From positions 192,001-256,000 of the forward strand of contig CAVUWA010000004.1 in NCBI GenBank assembly GCA_963744995.1: 64,000 nucleotides of DNA, written 5' to 3'. The DNA is from Candidatus Eiseniibacteriota bacterium. GTDB taxonomy: Bacteria > Eisenbacteria > RBG-16-71-46. Within the stretch, counting starts at the first letter, position 1; each line of letters begins with the position of its first letter. Positions 37,154 through 47,873 of the stretch are shown here, one piece after another. The notes beneath the pieces were generated by a model. That model made no database searches, was not told the DNA's origin, and was given only the letters and a program-made list of their open reading frames with translations. Position numbers and translations under genes: made by a program.

Positions 37154-37360
37154 TCCGGCGCCGCGTGCACCGTGCGCACCGGTTGCGAGCGCGGCACCTA
37201 TACCATTGCATGACATCCCCGCGCGCCGCCCGCTTTCGCAACGGACGCAGGTGCGTTACGTTGGCCGTACCCATGATGCCATCGCGATGGTCGCGATGAC
37301 TTGCGGTCCGCGCCCTCCCAGGGCGCGAGCCGGGATTCCCTCGAACCAGAGGAGGCTCCC

Positions 37361-39780
37361 GTGCCCGTCGACCTCGAGACCCGCCCGCCGCGCCCCGAGC
37401 GCGACGAGGTGCCCGAGGAACTGCACGAATCGCTGCTGCTCGCCCGCCTGGACGACCTCGTCAACTGGGGCCGGGCCAATTCGCTGTGGCCGATGTTCTT
37501 CGGCCTGTCGTGCTGCTTCGTCGAAATGGCGACAGCGCTCACGTCGCGGCACGACATCTCGCGCTTCGGCGCCGAGGTCATGCGCGGCTCGCCCAGGCAG
37601 GCGGATCTCATGGTCATTGCCGGCACCGTGTTCAAGAAGGTCGCGCCGGCGATCCTGCGGCTCTACGACCAGATGCTCGAGCCGCGCTGGGTGATCTCGA
37701 TGGGCTCCTGCTCGAACTCGGGCGGGATGTACGACGTCTACTCCGTGGTGCAGGGCGTGGACACGCTGCTGCCCGTGGACGTCTACGTGCAGGGCTGCCC
37801 GCCGCGCCCGGAGTCGCTGCTCGAATCGCTGATCCTGCTGCAGAAGAAGATCCGCGCGCAGGAGCGTCCCGCGCACATGATCTTCACCGGGCACGGCAGC
37901 CAGGGCACCACGCGTGCGCCGCGCGTGGTGGGCGTCACCACCGACGACGATCCGCGCGGGCCCGGCATGGAGGGCACGCACCCGCGCGGCACGATCCTCA
38001 GGCCGGGCTCGCCGTACCCGGCCGCGTACTTCCCGCCGTGGACGCCGCCCTCGCCGGTCACCCCCGACACCGCCGGGCTCGACGCGGTCGAAGCCGGGAT
38101 TGCGCGAGCGCTTCGGACTCGAGCGCGACCCGGCGCGCTTCGGCCCCACCGATACCCTCACGCTGCGCGCCACGTCCGAGACCTTCGAACCCGCGCTGCA
38201 CTGGCTCCGCCACGAGGCGATGCCGCGCTTCCGGCGCTTCGAGTTCTGCACCGCCGTCGACGACCGCCCGCGCGGCGCCGGCTTCCGCACGATCTACCAC
38301 CTCGCGGCGCTGGAGCCGGGCAAACCGTCGGTGCGGCTCTCGCTCGACCTCGACGCCGGCGATCCGCACCAGCCGACGGCCACGGGCGTCTATCCGGTCG
38401 CAGACTGGTACGAGCGCGAAACGGCGGACATGTTCGGCGTGCGCTTCGACGGCCATCCGGACCCGCGTCGCCTGTACATGCCGGACAACTGGCCGGGCCA
38501 TCCACTGCGCAAGGATCATCCGTACCGGGGCTCCGAAATGGCGCCGTTCACCGAGGCGGACGCGCGCGCCATCGACGAAGCGATCAACCGCCACTCGCGG
38601 ATACGAGCGGAAGACGACGACACCATGGTCATGAACATGGGCCCGCATCACCCCGCCACCCACGGCGTGCTGCGCATCGTGCTGCGGCTGGACGGCGAGG
38701 ACGTGGTGGACCTCGACCTCGACGTCGGCTACCACCACCGCGGGCCCGAGAAGATCGCCGAGCGTCAGACCTACCACCGCTTCCTGCCCTATACCGACCG
38801 CATCGACTACCTCTCGGGGGTGTCCAACAACCTGCCGTACGTGATGGCGGTCGAGAAGCTGCTCGGCATCGAGGTGCCGGCGCGCGCACAGGCGATCCGC
38901 GTCCTGCTGCTCGAGCTGTTCCGCATCATCAACCATCAGGTCTACGTCGGCACCTACGCGCAGGACTGCGGTGCGCTGACGCCGGTGTTCTACACGTTCG
39001 AGCACCGCGAACAGATCCTCGACTTCGTCGCGAAGGTGACCGGCGGGCGCATGCACCCGAGCTGGTTCCGGATCGGCGGCGTCACGCAGGATTTGCCCGA
39101 CGGCTGGCGCGAGGACATGGAGGCGTGGCTCGAGAAGTTCCCGGGGCAGCTTCGCGAGGTGGAGCAGCTCCTGACCGGCAATCCGATCTTCGTCGGACGC
39201 ACCCGCGGCACCGGCACCATCAGCCTCGACGACGCGATCGACGCGGGGTTCTCGGGGCCCAACCTGCGCGCCTGCGGGCTCGAGTGGGACCTCAGGAAGG
39301 CGACGCCCTACTGCGGCTACGAGCAGTACGAGTTCGACGTGCCGACCGCACCGGGCTGCGACAACGAGGCGCGCTACCTGGTGCACATGGAAGAGATGCG
39401 CCAGAGCCACCGCATCATCGAGCAGGTCGTGCGCACCATGCCCGACGGCGACTACGTCGACGCCGGATTATCGCTACTCGATCCCCGAACCGAAGCGGAT
39501 GCTGCACGACATCGAGTCGCTGATCCATCACTTCGTCAACGTGTCGCGCGGCTTCGTGCCGCCGGCGGGGGAGGCCTACGTCGCCACCGAGGCGCCGAAG
39601 GGCGAGAACGGCTACTACGTCGTCAGCAACGGCAGCAACCTGCCGTACCGCGTGTTCATCCGCACACCGTCCTATCCGCACATGCAGGCGCTGCTCACGA
39701 TGGTGAAGGGCGAGAAGGTGCCGGACCTGGTGGCGACGCTCGGCGGCATCGATTTCGTGCTGGGAGACATCGACAAATGA
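37361..39780 (+). CDS. nuoBCD: NADH-quinone oxidoreductase fused subunit B/C/D (frameshifts at ~38097 and ~39465)
   Basis: Nuo[11 protein letters not shown] and SPRQAD; NuoC WYERE..DMFG and GHPLRKD; Nuo[26 protein letters not shown] and DIDK. No stop or restart between domains. GAGGAGG RBS before GTG 37361. Confidence 0.85.
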
Positions 39781-40238
39781 GCGCGCAGTCCGCATCCGCG
39801 CCGGGCGAACGCGCGCGCCTGCGCGAACGCATCGTGGACGTCCTGTGGGAGATCCAGGAGAAGCGCGGCTTCGTCGACGACGACGGCGTGCGCGAGGCGG
39901 CACGCCAGTGCGATCTGACGCCGGCCGAAGTGGACGAGGTGGCCACCTTCTACAACCTCATCCACCGCAGGCCGGCCGGGAGGCTGCGGATCTACGTCTG
40001 CGACAGCATCTCGTGCGAGCTGAACGGCGCGCCGCAGCTCATGGCGAAGCTGTCGGATCTGCTCGGCATCGCCCCCGGCCAGGTCACCGCGGACGGCCAG
40101 GTCGGCCTGCTGCCGACCGTCTGCCTCGGGCACTGCGATCGGGCGCCCTGCGCGATGGTGGCGAACCGCATCGTCGGACCGCTGCCCGTGGATCGTGCCG
40201 GGCTCGAACGACGTCTCGAGGAGTGGCGCCATGAATGA
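39777..40238 (+). CDS. nuoE: NADH-quinone oxidoreductase subunit E
   Basis: VATFY, CDSISC and CLGHC (2Fe-2S). ATGA overlap. Confidence 0.92.
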   Translation: MSAQSASAPGERARLRERIVDVLWEIQEKRGFVDDDGVREAARQCDLTPAEVDEVATFYNLIHRRPAGRLRIYVCDSISCELNGAPQLMAKLSDLLGIAPGQVTADGQVGLLPTVCLGHCDRAPCAMVANRIVGPLPVDRAGLERRLEEWRHE

Positions 40239-41526
40239 GGTCCTGCTGCGCGCGCGCGGGAAGCAGGGCGGGCCGGCCTCGCTCGGCGAATACCGCGACG
40301 CCGGCGGCTACGGCGCGCTGGACGCGCTGGGTGCGATGAAGCCCGGCGAGCTCATCGAACGCGTCAAGGACTCCGGGCTCCGTGGACGCGGCGGCGCCGG
40401 CTTCTCGGCGGGCATGAAGTGGTCGTTCGTGCCGCGCGGCGAGAAGAACGACGGCGGCCCGCGCTATCTGGTCTGCAATGCCGACGAGATGGAACCGGGC
40501 ACGTTCAAGGACCGCGTGCTGCTGGACACCAACCCGCACATCCTGATCGAGGGCATGATCCTCGCCGGCTACGCGCAGGAGTTCACCGAGGGCTTCGTGT
40601 TCATCCGCCGCGAGTACTTCGACCAGTACGACGCGCTGCAGCACGCCCTCGACGAGGCGCGCGGCGCCGGGTTGCTGGGCGACGACATTCGCGGCAGCGG
40701 CTTCGGCTTCGACATCCACGTCCATCGAAGCGGCGGTCGCTACATCTGCGGCGAGGAGACCGCGCTGCTGAACGCGTTCGAGGGCAGGCGCCCGGTGCCG
40801 CGCTCCAAGCCGCCCTTCCCGGCGACCCACGGCCTGTGGGGCCGGCCGACCACGGTGCACAACGTCGAGACGCTCTCGTGCGTGCCGGGCATCGTCGCGA
40901 ACGGCGCCGCGTGGTTCAAGGACCTGGCGAAGAACCCCGAGGGCGCGGGCACCAAGCTCTACGGCGGCAGCGGCGCGGTCGAGCGCCCGATGTGCATCGA
41001 GCGGCCGATCGGCACCACCCTGCGCGAGCTGCTCGACGAGATGGGCGGGGTGCGCGGCGGCAGGGGCCTGCTCGGCGCGATCCCGGGCGGGGCGTCCACG
41101 GCCTTCATCACCGGGGAACACCTGGACGTGCCCCTCGACTACGATCCGCTCGAGAAGGTGCACACGCGGCTCGGCACCGGCACGTTCATCGTGTTCTCCG
41201 AGGACGACTGCCCGGTGCGCGGCACGCTCAACCTGCAGCGCTTCTTCGCGCGCGAGTCGTGCGGTTTCTGCACGCCGTGCCGCGACGGGCTGCCCTACGG
41301 CGTGCGGCTGCTCGAGCGCATCGAGCAGGGCGGCGGCTCGCGCCACGACCTCGACACCCTCGAGGCGCTCTACCACGACATCGGGCCGAACTCGTTCTGC
41401 GCGCACGCGGCCGGCGCCGCGGAGCCGATCAAGGGTCTGTTCCGCCACTTCCGCGGCATTCTCGAAGATCACGTGACGCAGGGCGGGTGTCCGTTCCGGC
41501 CGGCCGGGGAGGCGCTCCATGCCTGA
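40231..41526 (+). CDS. nuoF: NADH-quinone oxidoreductase subunit F
   Basis: GLRGRGGAGF, NADEMEPGTFKDR, YICGEETAL, ESCGFCTPCR. Confidence 0.95.
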   Translation: MNEVLLRARGKQGGPASLGEYRDAGGYGALDALGAMKPGELIERVKDSGLRGRGGAGFSAGMKWSFVPRGEKNDGGPRYLVCNADEMEPGTFKDRVLLDTNPHILIEGMILAGYAQEFTEGFVFIRREYFDQYDALQHALDEARGAGLLGDDIRGSGFGFDIHVHRSGGRYICGEETALLNAFEGRRPVPRSKPPFPATHGLWGRPTTVHNVETLSCVPGIVANGAAWFKDLAKNPEGAGTKLYGGSGAVERPMCIERPIGTTLRELLDEMGGVRGGRGLLGAIPGGASTAFITGEHLDVPLDYDPLEKVHTRLGTGTFIVFSEDDCPVRGTLNLQRFFARESCGFCTPCRDGLPYGVRLLERIEQGGGSRHDLDTLEALYHDIGPNSFCAHAAGAAEPIKGLFRHFRGILEDHVTQGGCPFRPAGEALHA

Positions 41527-43954
41527 GCTGATCTTCGACGGCCGGAAGATCCAGGTGCCGGACGGCACGCACCTCGTGGACGCGGGCCGCGCCGCCGGCG
41601 TCGAGGTGCCGGTGTTCTGCTACCAGAAGGACCTGGGCGCGGTGGGATCGTGCCGCGTCTGCGCGGTGACCGCGAAGAAGGACGGCCAGTCGAAGCTGGT
41701 GATGGGCTGCATGACGAAGGCCGAGGACGGCCAGGAGGTCACCACCACCGACGACGCCTCGGTCGCCTTCCGCCGGCGCGTGATCGAGTGGCTGATGATC
41801 AACCATCCGCACGACTGTCCGATCTGCGATGAGGGCGGCGAGTGCCAGCTTCAAGATTTGACCATCGCCTGCGGTCACGGGCGCCGCGAATACCAGGGGA
41901 AGAAGCGCACGTTCCGCAACCAGTTCCTCGGCGAGTTCATCAGCCACGAGATGAACCGCTGCATCACCTGCTACCGCTGCAGTCGTTTCTATCAGGAATA
42001 CGCCGGCGGCCGTGACTTCAGCGCCACCGGCAGCCGCGACCGCGTCTACTTCGGGCGCTTCGAGGACGGTCCGTTCGAGAGTCCGTTCTCGGGCAACCTC
42101 GTGGAGCTGTGTCCGACCGGGGTGTTCACCGACAGGCGCTTCCGCTACCGGAGCCGGGTGTGGGACCTGGAGATTGGCACGTCGATCTGCCCGCACTGCT
42201 CGGTCGGCTGCAACGTGCGCGCCGGCTCGCGCTATCGCGAGATCCAGCGCGTGCGCGTGCGCGAGAACCCCGCGGTCAACGGCATGTTCCTGTGCGACCG
42301 CGGCCAGTTCGGCCACGGCGCCGGGAGCGCCGCCGACCGCCCGCGCCGGCCGCACGTGCACGGCGATGCCGTGGACTGGTCCGATGCGCTCGGCCGCACC
42401 GGCGGCTGGCTTGCCGCGATCGCCCGCGAGCACGGGCCGGCGGCGGTCGCGCTGATCGCCTCGCCGCGCGCCTCGCTCGAAACCCACGCCGCGCTCGAGG
42501 CGCTGGCCTCCGGTTCGCTCGAGGGCGCGCGCGTCGCCCACTTCGACGATCCGGAGCGCGAGCGCGCCGCGTTCCAGGCGGTCTCGGCGATCGGCGCCGC
42601 CGGCCTGCCGCCGCTCGAACAGCCGGACCTCGCGCGCGCCGACGTGCTGCTCGTGCTCGGCGCGTCGCTGGTGGACGAGGCGCCGCTCGCCGCGCTCGCC
42701 GCGCGCCAGTGCGCGCGCCGCGGCGGCAGCGTGTTCGTCCTCGGTCCCCTCGACCGCTCGCTCGACGGCGTCGCGAGGGTGACGCCGGTGCATCCGGCGC
42801 GGCTCGCGGGGGCGCTCGGCGCGATCGCCGCGCGTGCCGGGATCGAAGGCGTCTCGGCCCTGGCCGATGCGGAGGCGCCGGGCCGGGGCATGGCCGACGA
42901 CATTGCGGCCGCACTGCAGCACGCGCAGCGGCCCGCGATTCTCGTCGGCACCGATCTCACCGACGGCCCGACGCTCGCCGGGGCGGCCGCGCTCGCGCGC
43001 GGCCTCGCGGGCGATGGGCGGGACGTCCGCTTCGGCGCCGTGTTCCCCGGGCCCAACGGCTGCGGTGCCGCGGCGCTCGGCGAGGCGCCGGCGCTGACCG
43101 GCATCGTGGACGGCATCGAGCGTGGCGGGATCCACGCCGCGGTGCTGGTCGAGAGCGATCTCGACGATCTGTCGCCCGCGTTGCGGGCGGCGCTCGCGCG
43201 GCTCGAGCTGCTGGTGGTCGCCGACTACATGCACCACGCGCTCACCGATCGCGCTCGGGTCGTGCTGCCGACGACGAGCGTCTACGAATCGCACGGCACG
43301 TTCGTGAACCGCGCCGGGCGCATGCAGGGTTTCGCGCCCGCGCAGCCCGTGGGCCTGCCGATCGTGCGCCGGATCGAGGATGAGAAATTCCCGCGCGACC
43401 CGCACTCGAGCCCGCCCGGCGGCGAGGCGCTGCCGGCGTGGACGGTGCTCGAGCGGTTGCGCTCATGGACCGGCGGCGCCGGAGACGAACGCGAGCTCGG
43501 CGCGCTGCGGGCGGCACTGGCGCGGCGGGCGGGGTTCGAACGAATCGAAGAAGCGAGGCCCGGACGTTCCGGTGCACCCATGGATGCTGGAACGTGGGCG
43601 ACCCGCGACGTGGCCGGGAAGGAGCCATTTCTCGCGCCCGCCGACGGGCTCGCCCTGTTCCGGCATGAGCGCACGCTCGGCAGCGAGCCGCTCTCGCGGC
43701 GGATTCCGGCGATGGCGGCGATGGCGGGGCCAGCGGTCGCGAGGCTGGCGCCGGAAGACCTCGAGGCGCTTGGCGCGGACGGCCGGGTGACGCTCGAACG
43801 CGATGGCGCGCGCATCGAGATCGACGCCGTCGCAGACCCGACTGTTCCCCGTGGCGCCGTGCTGGTGCCGCGCGATGCGCTGCTCGAATTCCCGCCGGGG
43901 CAGGGCCTCGGCGTCCAGGTCCGCGCCACCGCCCGGGAGGGGGTGACCCGATGA
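41519..43954 (+). CDS. nuoG: NADH-quinone oxidoreductase subunit G
   Basis: [31 protein letters not shown] and CPHCSVGC (N7-type cluster). Confidence 0.93.
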   Translation: MPELIFDGRKIQVPDGTHLVDAGRAAGVEVPVFCYQKDLGAVGSCRVCAVTAKKDGQSKLVMGCMTKAEDGQEVTTTDDASVAFRRRVIEWLMINHPHDCPICDEGGECQLQDLTIACGHGRREYQGKKRTFRNQFLGEFISHEMNRCITCYRCSRFYQEYAGGRDFSATGSRDRVYFGRFEDGPFESPFSGNLVELCPTGVFTDRRFRYRSRVWDLEIGTSICPHCSVGCNVRAGSRYREIQRVRVRENPAVNGMFLCDRGQFGHGAGSAADRPRRPHVHGDAVDWSDALGRTGGWLAAIAREHGPAAVALIASPRASLETHAALEALASGSLEGARVAHFDDPERERAAFQAVSAIGAAGLPPLEQPDLARADVLLVLGASLVDEAPLAALAARQCARRGGSVFVLGPLDRSLDGVARVTPVHPARLAGALGAIAARAGIEGVSALADAEAPGRGMADDIAAALQHAQRPAILVGTDLTDGPTLAGAAALARGLAGDGRDVRFGAVFPGPNGCGAAALGEAPALTGIVDGIERGGIHAAVLVESDLDDLSPALRAALARLELLVVADYMHHALTDRARVVLPTTSVYESHGTFVNRAGRMQGFAPAQPVGLPIVRRIEDEKFPRDPHSSPPGGEALPAWTVLERLRSWTGGAGDERELGALRAALARRAGFERIEEARPGRSGAPMDAGTWATRDVAGKEPFLAPADGLALFRHERTLGSEPLSRRIPAMAAMAGPAVARLAPEDLEALGADGRVTLERDGARIEIDAVADPTVPRGAVLVPRDALLEFPPGQGLGVQVRATAREGVTR

Positions 43955-44469
43955 TTCGCGAGATGATGGGAGGCATGTGGCTGACCCTGCGCAAGCTGTT
44001 CGAGCATCCGGTGACGGTGCAGTACCCGGAACAGAAGCCCGAGGTGCCCGAGCGCTATCGCGGCCGAATCGTGCTCACGCGCGACCCGTCCGGCGAAGAG
44101 CGCTGCGTGGCGTGCTACCTGTGCAGCTCGGCGTGTCCCGTGGACTGCATCAGCATCGAGGCCGCGGAGCGCAAGAGCGACGGCCGCCGCTACCCGGGCG
44201 CGTTCCGGATCAATTTCAACCGCTGCATCTTCTGCGGTCTCTGCGCCGAGGCGTGCCCCACGCTGGCGCTGCAGATGACGAAGGATTTCGAGATGGCCGA
44301 GACCGAGCCGCAGGGCCTGATCTACGAGAAGGAAGACCTGCTGATCGACGGCCCGGGCAAGTATCCCGACTACAGCTTCTGGGAGGAGGCCGGTGTTGCC
44401 GTGACCCACGCGCTGGGGCACGGGAAGCAGGACCGCGAACCGGCCGACCCGCGGTCGAACCTGCCCTGA
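43951..44469 (+). CDS. nuoI: NADH-quinone oxidoreductase subunit I
   Basis: [31 protein letters not shown]. Confidence 0.95.
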   Translation: MIREMMGGMWLTLRKLFEHPVTVQYPEQKPEVPERYRGRIVLTRDPSGEERCVACYLCSSACPVDCISIEAAERKSDGRRYPGAFRINFNRCIFCGLCAEACPTLALQMTKDFEMAETEPQGLIYEKEDLLIDGPGKYPDYSFWEEAGVAVTHALGHGKQDREPADPRSNLP

Positions 44470-44504
44470 CCCGCGCCGGCGCTTCCACGCCCCGCCGAAC
44501 GTGC

Positions 44505-44537
44505 AAAGGCCCCGGCCGACTCCCGGCCGGGGCCTTT
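44505..44537. terminator. Bidirectional intrinsic terminator
   Basis: AAAGGCCCCGGCCG-ACTCC-CGGCCGGGGCCTTT between nuoI and the convergent lipoprotein gene. Confidence 0.8.
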
Positions 44538-44559
44538 CGCTGCATTCGCTCCCGCGGCC

Positions 44560-45219
44560 CTACGGCGCCGCGTGCGGGCTCACCACCGCGCACAGGAAGT
44601 AGAAGTCGGTGTCGATCTTGACCGCGATCGGCGAATGATCCGGCAACGTATCGGCCAGCAGATCGTTCACGGCGTCTTCCGACTTGGTCGGAATGTGCGC
44701 CGCGTAGGCCGCGGTCACCGCCGCGTCGTGAGTGGTGTCGCCGTTATAGACCGGCACCACCACGTACACGTGCCACGGCGCCTTGTACTCGTTCCCGCCG
44801 GGTGCGGACGGCACCGAGTCGAGGATGTGGTCGTGGTAGTCGGTCGGGTCGATGCCGTTGCCCTCGTGATCGCAAGGATTGCACTGCGGCGTGCCGATGC
44901 CGAGGCTCTCCCAGCCCTGCGGATACACGACCTCGTAGAAGTCGGCCTGCGCCTGTTCCGGCGCCCTGCCGGGGACTTCGATGGCGTTGATCAAGTAGGT
45001 CTGTCCGTTGGCGAACGCTTCCTCGTAGCCGGGGCGTCCGGGAGCGGGACGCGCTGCTGCGGGATCGGTCGTCGGGCTCTGCAGGGTCTGCTGGATCGTG
45101 CTGCTCGACGTGGTCTGCAGTTTTGCGGGGGAGGTGCCGTTGGGCTGCGTCGGGGCCTGCTTGCCGCAGCCGGTGAGGATGAGACAACCGATCGCGAGGG
45201 AAGACGCGAGAATGCGCAT
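44560..45219 (-). CDS. His/Cys-rich lipoprotein of unknown function
   Basis: Lipobox LTGC, a low-complexity linker, and motifs CNPCDH, DYHDH, PWH and FLC. Confidence 0.8.
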   Translation of the reverse strand: MRILASSLAIGCLILTGCGKQAPTQPNGTSPAKLQTTSSSTIQQTLQSPTTDPAAARPAPGRPGYEEAFANGQTYLINAIEVPGRAPEQAQADFYEVVYPQGWESLGIGTPQCNPCDHEGNGIDPTDYHDHILDSVPSAPGGNEYKAPWHVYVVVPVYNGDTTHDAAVTAAYAAHIPTKSEDAVNDLLADTLPDHSPIAVKIDTDFYFLCAVVSPHAAP

Positions 45220-45220
45220 G

Positions 45221-45283
45221 GTCGTAGTGCCTCTCTGAATGGGTTGAGCAGTCTGGATGAACGAGCGTCAGAGGCAGAACGAC
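45221..45283 (-). promoter_or_regulatory. RBS-sequestering hairpin (putative translational attenuator)
   Basis: Arms 45221-45234 and 45270-45283 are complementary at 12 of 14 positions. One arm contains the AGAGG SD of the lipoprotein gene. Confidence 0.6.
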
Positions 45284-45684
45284 GACGGTGGTGCGCGGGG
45301 AATGGAGAGGGCCCAGGCGGCACCAGGCGCCGATTCGACGCGGCGGTTCGCGAACTGCCATGGCAGCGGCCGGAACGCCCCGCTCCGGGACGTGACCGAG
45401 AACGGCGCCTGCTCATCCGGAAGGCGTTCCACCTCATCGGACGCGGGCATCGCGGCGCCGCTTTCCAGTGAGGCGACCGCCGCGTCGGCCCGGGGCGCCC
45501 GCAGCGCGAACCCGGACGCCGGGGCGGTGGAGACGCGGGTGAGCGCGGCGCCGGCTGCGACGACGCCTTCGGCGGCGGCGGGGCTTGCGACGATCGTCAG
45601 CAGGAGAGCGATCGCGACGGCGCCACGGGAGCGTGGGTGGCGACGGGCGAGGTCGCGGCGAACATCGCGGGGGGCGTGGCTCAT
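45268..45684 (-). CDS. Putative arrest/leader protein: signal peptide + C-terminal RAPP
   Basis: Arg-rich n-region, h-region AVAIALLLTIVA and SPAAA cleavage site. Ends WALSIPRAPPSSFCL, 48 bp upstream of a co-oriented gene. Confidence 0.6.
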   Translation of the reverse strand: MSHAPRDVRRDLARRHPRSRGAVAIALLLTIVASPAAAEGVVAAGAALTRVSTAPASGFALRAPRADAAVASLESGAAMPASDEVERLPDEQAPFSVTSRSGAFRPLPWQFANRRVESAPGAAWALSIPRAPPSSFCL

Positions 45685-45815
45685 CGAGTGCGTCCATGGT
45701 ACGCCGGGGCCCGGGCGCGAGTGTCCGAAACGTGTGAATCGACCCGTCCCGAATGCCGATAACCCGGGTACCGCGCAGGGACGTCGCGGTCGATGAATTC
45801 TTCCCGGAGGATCCG

Positions 45816-46289
45816 ATGCGCATCCGCCGTCTGATCGCTCTGTCCGCGATCCTGATGCTGGCCCCGGTCACCGCCCGGCCGGCGGCGCTGCGCCCGGCCC
45901 CTTTCGCCCTGTTCTCGTGGTCGTGGCTCAGGGCGCCGTTCGCATGGCTGGCGCAGGCGGAGCCGAAGCCCGCCGCGCCGTGCACCGGACCGGAGTGCTT
46001 CCCGCTCGGCGGCACGCACGGTTTCCAGGTGCTGACCCTCGATCGTCCCGATCGCGGCGTGGGCCTCTACGTGGAACTCGACGGCAGCGTGCAGTTCCGC
46101 TCGGCCGAGGTCACCTTCGCCGACGGCGAGGTCGACCGGCTCGACCTCCAGTACGCGATCCGCAGCGACGGCATTTTCGAGCTGCGCGACTTCGGTGTGG
46201 AGCGCGACGTGCTGAGCGTCGTGCTCATCGCCCGCGCCGCGTCTCCCGACGCGTCGCTGCGCGTGCGCTTCGGCAAGCCGCTCGAGTAG
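45816..46289 (+). CDS. Secreted hypothetical protein (paralogue of 47295..47855)
   Basis: GGAGG RBS, signal peptide, and shared AEV.F.DGE...DF...ARA motif. Confidence 0.7.
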   Translation: MRIRRLIALSAILMLAPVTARPAALRPAPFALFSWSWLRAPFAWLAQAEPKPAAPCTGPECFPLGGTHGFQVLTLDRPDRGVGLYVELDGSVQFRSAEVTFADGEVDRLDLQYAIRSDGIFELRDFGVERDVLSVVLIARAASPDASLRVRFGKPLE

Positions 46290-46348
46290 CACTGGTCAAG
46301 CGCGGGGACGTCCCCTAGGATGCGCGGTCTGGCGAAGCGGGCAGACGG

Positions 46349-47143
46349 ATGAACCGCTTCGTGGTCGCGTCCATGGAGGGCCGCCCTTGCCCGATATCGC
46401 GCCACTCGGTGCGCGTGTCGCCCCGGCACGTCGTTCGTGCCCTGATGCTCGTCACGGCGGCGCTCGTCGCGATCCACCTCGTGCTCGTCGTGCTGCGCTT
46501 CGGCTTCGGCCACGACGTCGTCTTCGGCCTGGTCCGGTTCTTCGATCTCGACCGCGAGCGGAACGTCCCCACTTATTTCAGCGCGCTGCTGCTCGGGTTT
46601 GCCGCCGCACTGCTGTGGCTCGCGGGCGCACACCTCGAGCGGCAGAAGGATCCCTTCACCCGCCGCTGGGTGATTCTCGGATGGATCTTCACGGTTCTCT
46701 CCATCGACGAGATCGTCGGTTTCCACGAGCGCCTCGGCCGCTACCTGCGCGAGGCCACCTCGCTCAGTCACTGGGTTCACTTCGTGTGGCCCGTTCCGGC
46801 GACCGTGCTGGTATTCGCGCTGTACCTTGCGTACCGGCCGTGGTTCGCCTCTCTCGATCGAACCACGCGACGCGGCATCATCGCCGCCGGATTCGTCTAC
46901 ATGGCCGGAGCCGTGGGTATGGAGGTCGTGGGCGGTGCGTACTGGGCGTACGTGGGCGAGCACACCATCGACCTCACCTACGTGAGCATCACCACGGTCG
47001 AAGAGACGCTCGAGATGATCGGTATGCTGCTCTTCATCCGCGCGCTTCTCGGCTACATCGCGCCGCGCGGCTGGGGCGTGGCCGTGGCGCCCGATGGACC
47101 GTCCACCCCGTCCGGTCCGGTACGGGCGGGCGGCAGCGAGTGA
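46349..47143 (+). CDS. Integral membrane protein
   Basis: About seven TM helices; E.NVPT, SIDE...FHE and VEE.LE motifs. Confidence 0.75.
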   Translation: MNRFVVASMEGRPCPISRHSVRVSPRHVVRALMLVTAALVAIHLVLVVLRFGFGHDVVFGLVRFFDLDRERNVPTYFSALLLGFAAALLWLAGAHLERQKDPFTRRWVILGWIFTVLSIDEIVGFHERLGRYLREATSLSHWVHFVWPVPATVLVFALYLAYRPWFASLDRTTRRGIIAAGFVYMAGAVGMEVVGGAYWAYVGEHTIDLTYVSITTVEETLEMIGMLLFIRALLGYIAPRGWGVAVAPDGPSTPSGPVRAGGSE

Positions 47144-47294
47144 ACCGCAGCGTTCGAGTTCCGATTCGCCGGGCGCCGGAGGTCGTTGGAAACAGGCCGC
47201 GTTGCGCCCCTGCCCGCGGCGGGTCCGCGGTTTGCATGAGGGCCTCGCAGGACGTCACGGTCACGGCCCCCGATTCCACCAGGAGGTTCCCCTC

Positions 47295-47855
47295 ATGAAG
47301 CGCACGCTCGTTCTTCTGCTCGCTGCCGCGCTCTGCTTTTCGGTCCTGGCGCCGGCCGCCGATGCGGCCCGCGTCCGCGTCGTCAAGCGCGGCCACCGCA
47401 CGAAGGTGGTGGTCCATCGCGGATTCCCGCTCCGCCGTGCGATGCACACGGTGGTGGTGCGCCCGGCGCGTGTCACGGTGCGGGTCCGCCCGCGCCTCTA
47501 CCTGGCGCCGGTGGTGTGGACGCCGGTCATCATCACGCGTCCTGCGCCCGCGGCGATCCAGTGGGAGGGCACCGAGGCGCTCGCGAAGGGCGACGACTGG
47601 ACGGACTTCACGCTCGACGCGGACAGCCGCGGCCGCAAGCTGGCGATGCACGTCACGGGCACCGTACAGATCGACTTCGCCGAGGTCGTCTTCGACGACG
47701 GCGAGACGCGGGTCGTGGACTTCGCCAACAAGATCCGTCCGGCGGGCACCTACCGGGTGCTGGACTTCGCCGACGGGCGCAGGATCGACCACGTCCGCAT
47801 GGTGGCCCGGGCGCGGACGAACGAGGCCAGGATCGGACTGTGGATGGTGAAGTAG
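47295..47855 (+). CDS. Secreted hypothetical protein
   Basis: AGGAGG RBS, ADA signal peptide, Arg/Val-rich segment and a beta-sandwich-like C-terminus. Confidence 0.78.
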   Translation: MKRTLVLLLAAALCFSVLAPAADAARVRVVKRGHRTKVVVHRGFPLRRAMHTVVVRPARVTVRVRPRLYLAPVVWTPVIITRPAPAAIQWEGTEALAKGDDWTDFTLDADSRGRKLAMHVTGTVQIDFAEVVFDDGETRVVDFANKIRPAGTYRVLDFADGRRIDHVRMVARARTNEARIGLWMVK

Positions 47856-47873
47856 CCGTGGCTCGCAGGCGGC

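Noticed and set aside
38090..39470. Programmed frameshifting in nuoBCD or drmD
   Set aside because: No slippery heptamer is evident, and similar indels occur in unrelated genes, so sequencing error is simpler.
44868..44890. CNPCDH as a c-type heme attachment site
   Set aside because: The spacing is CxxCxH, not CxxCH.
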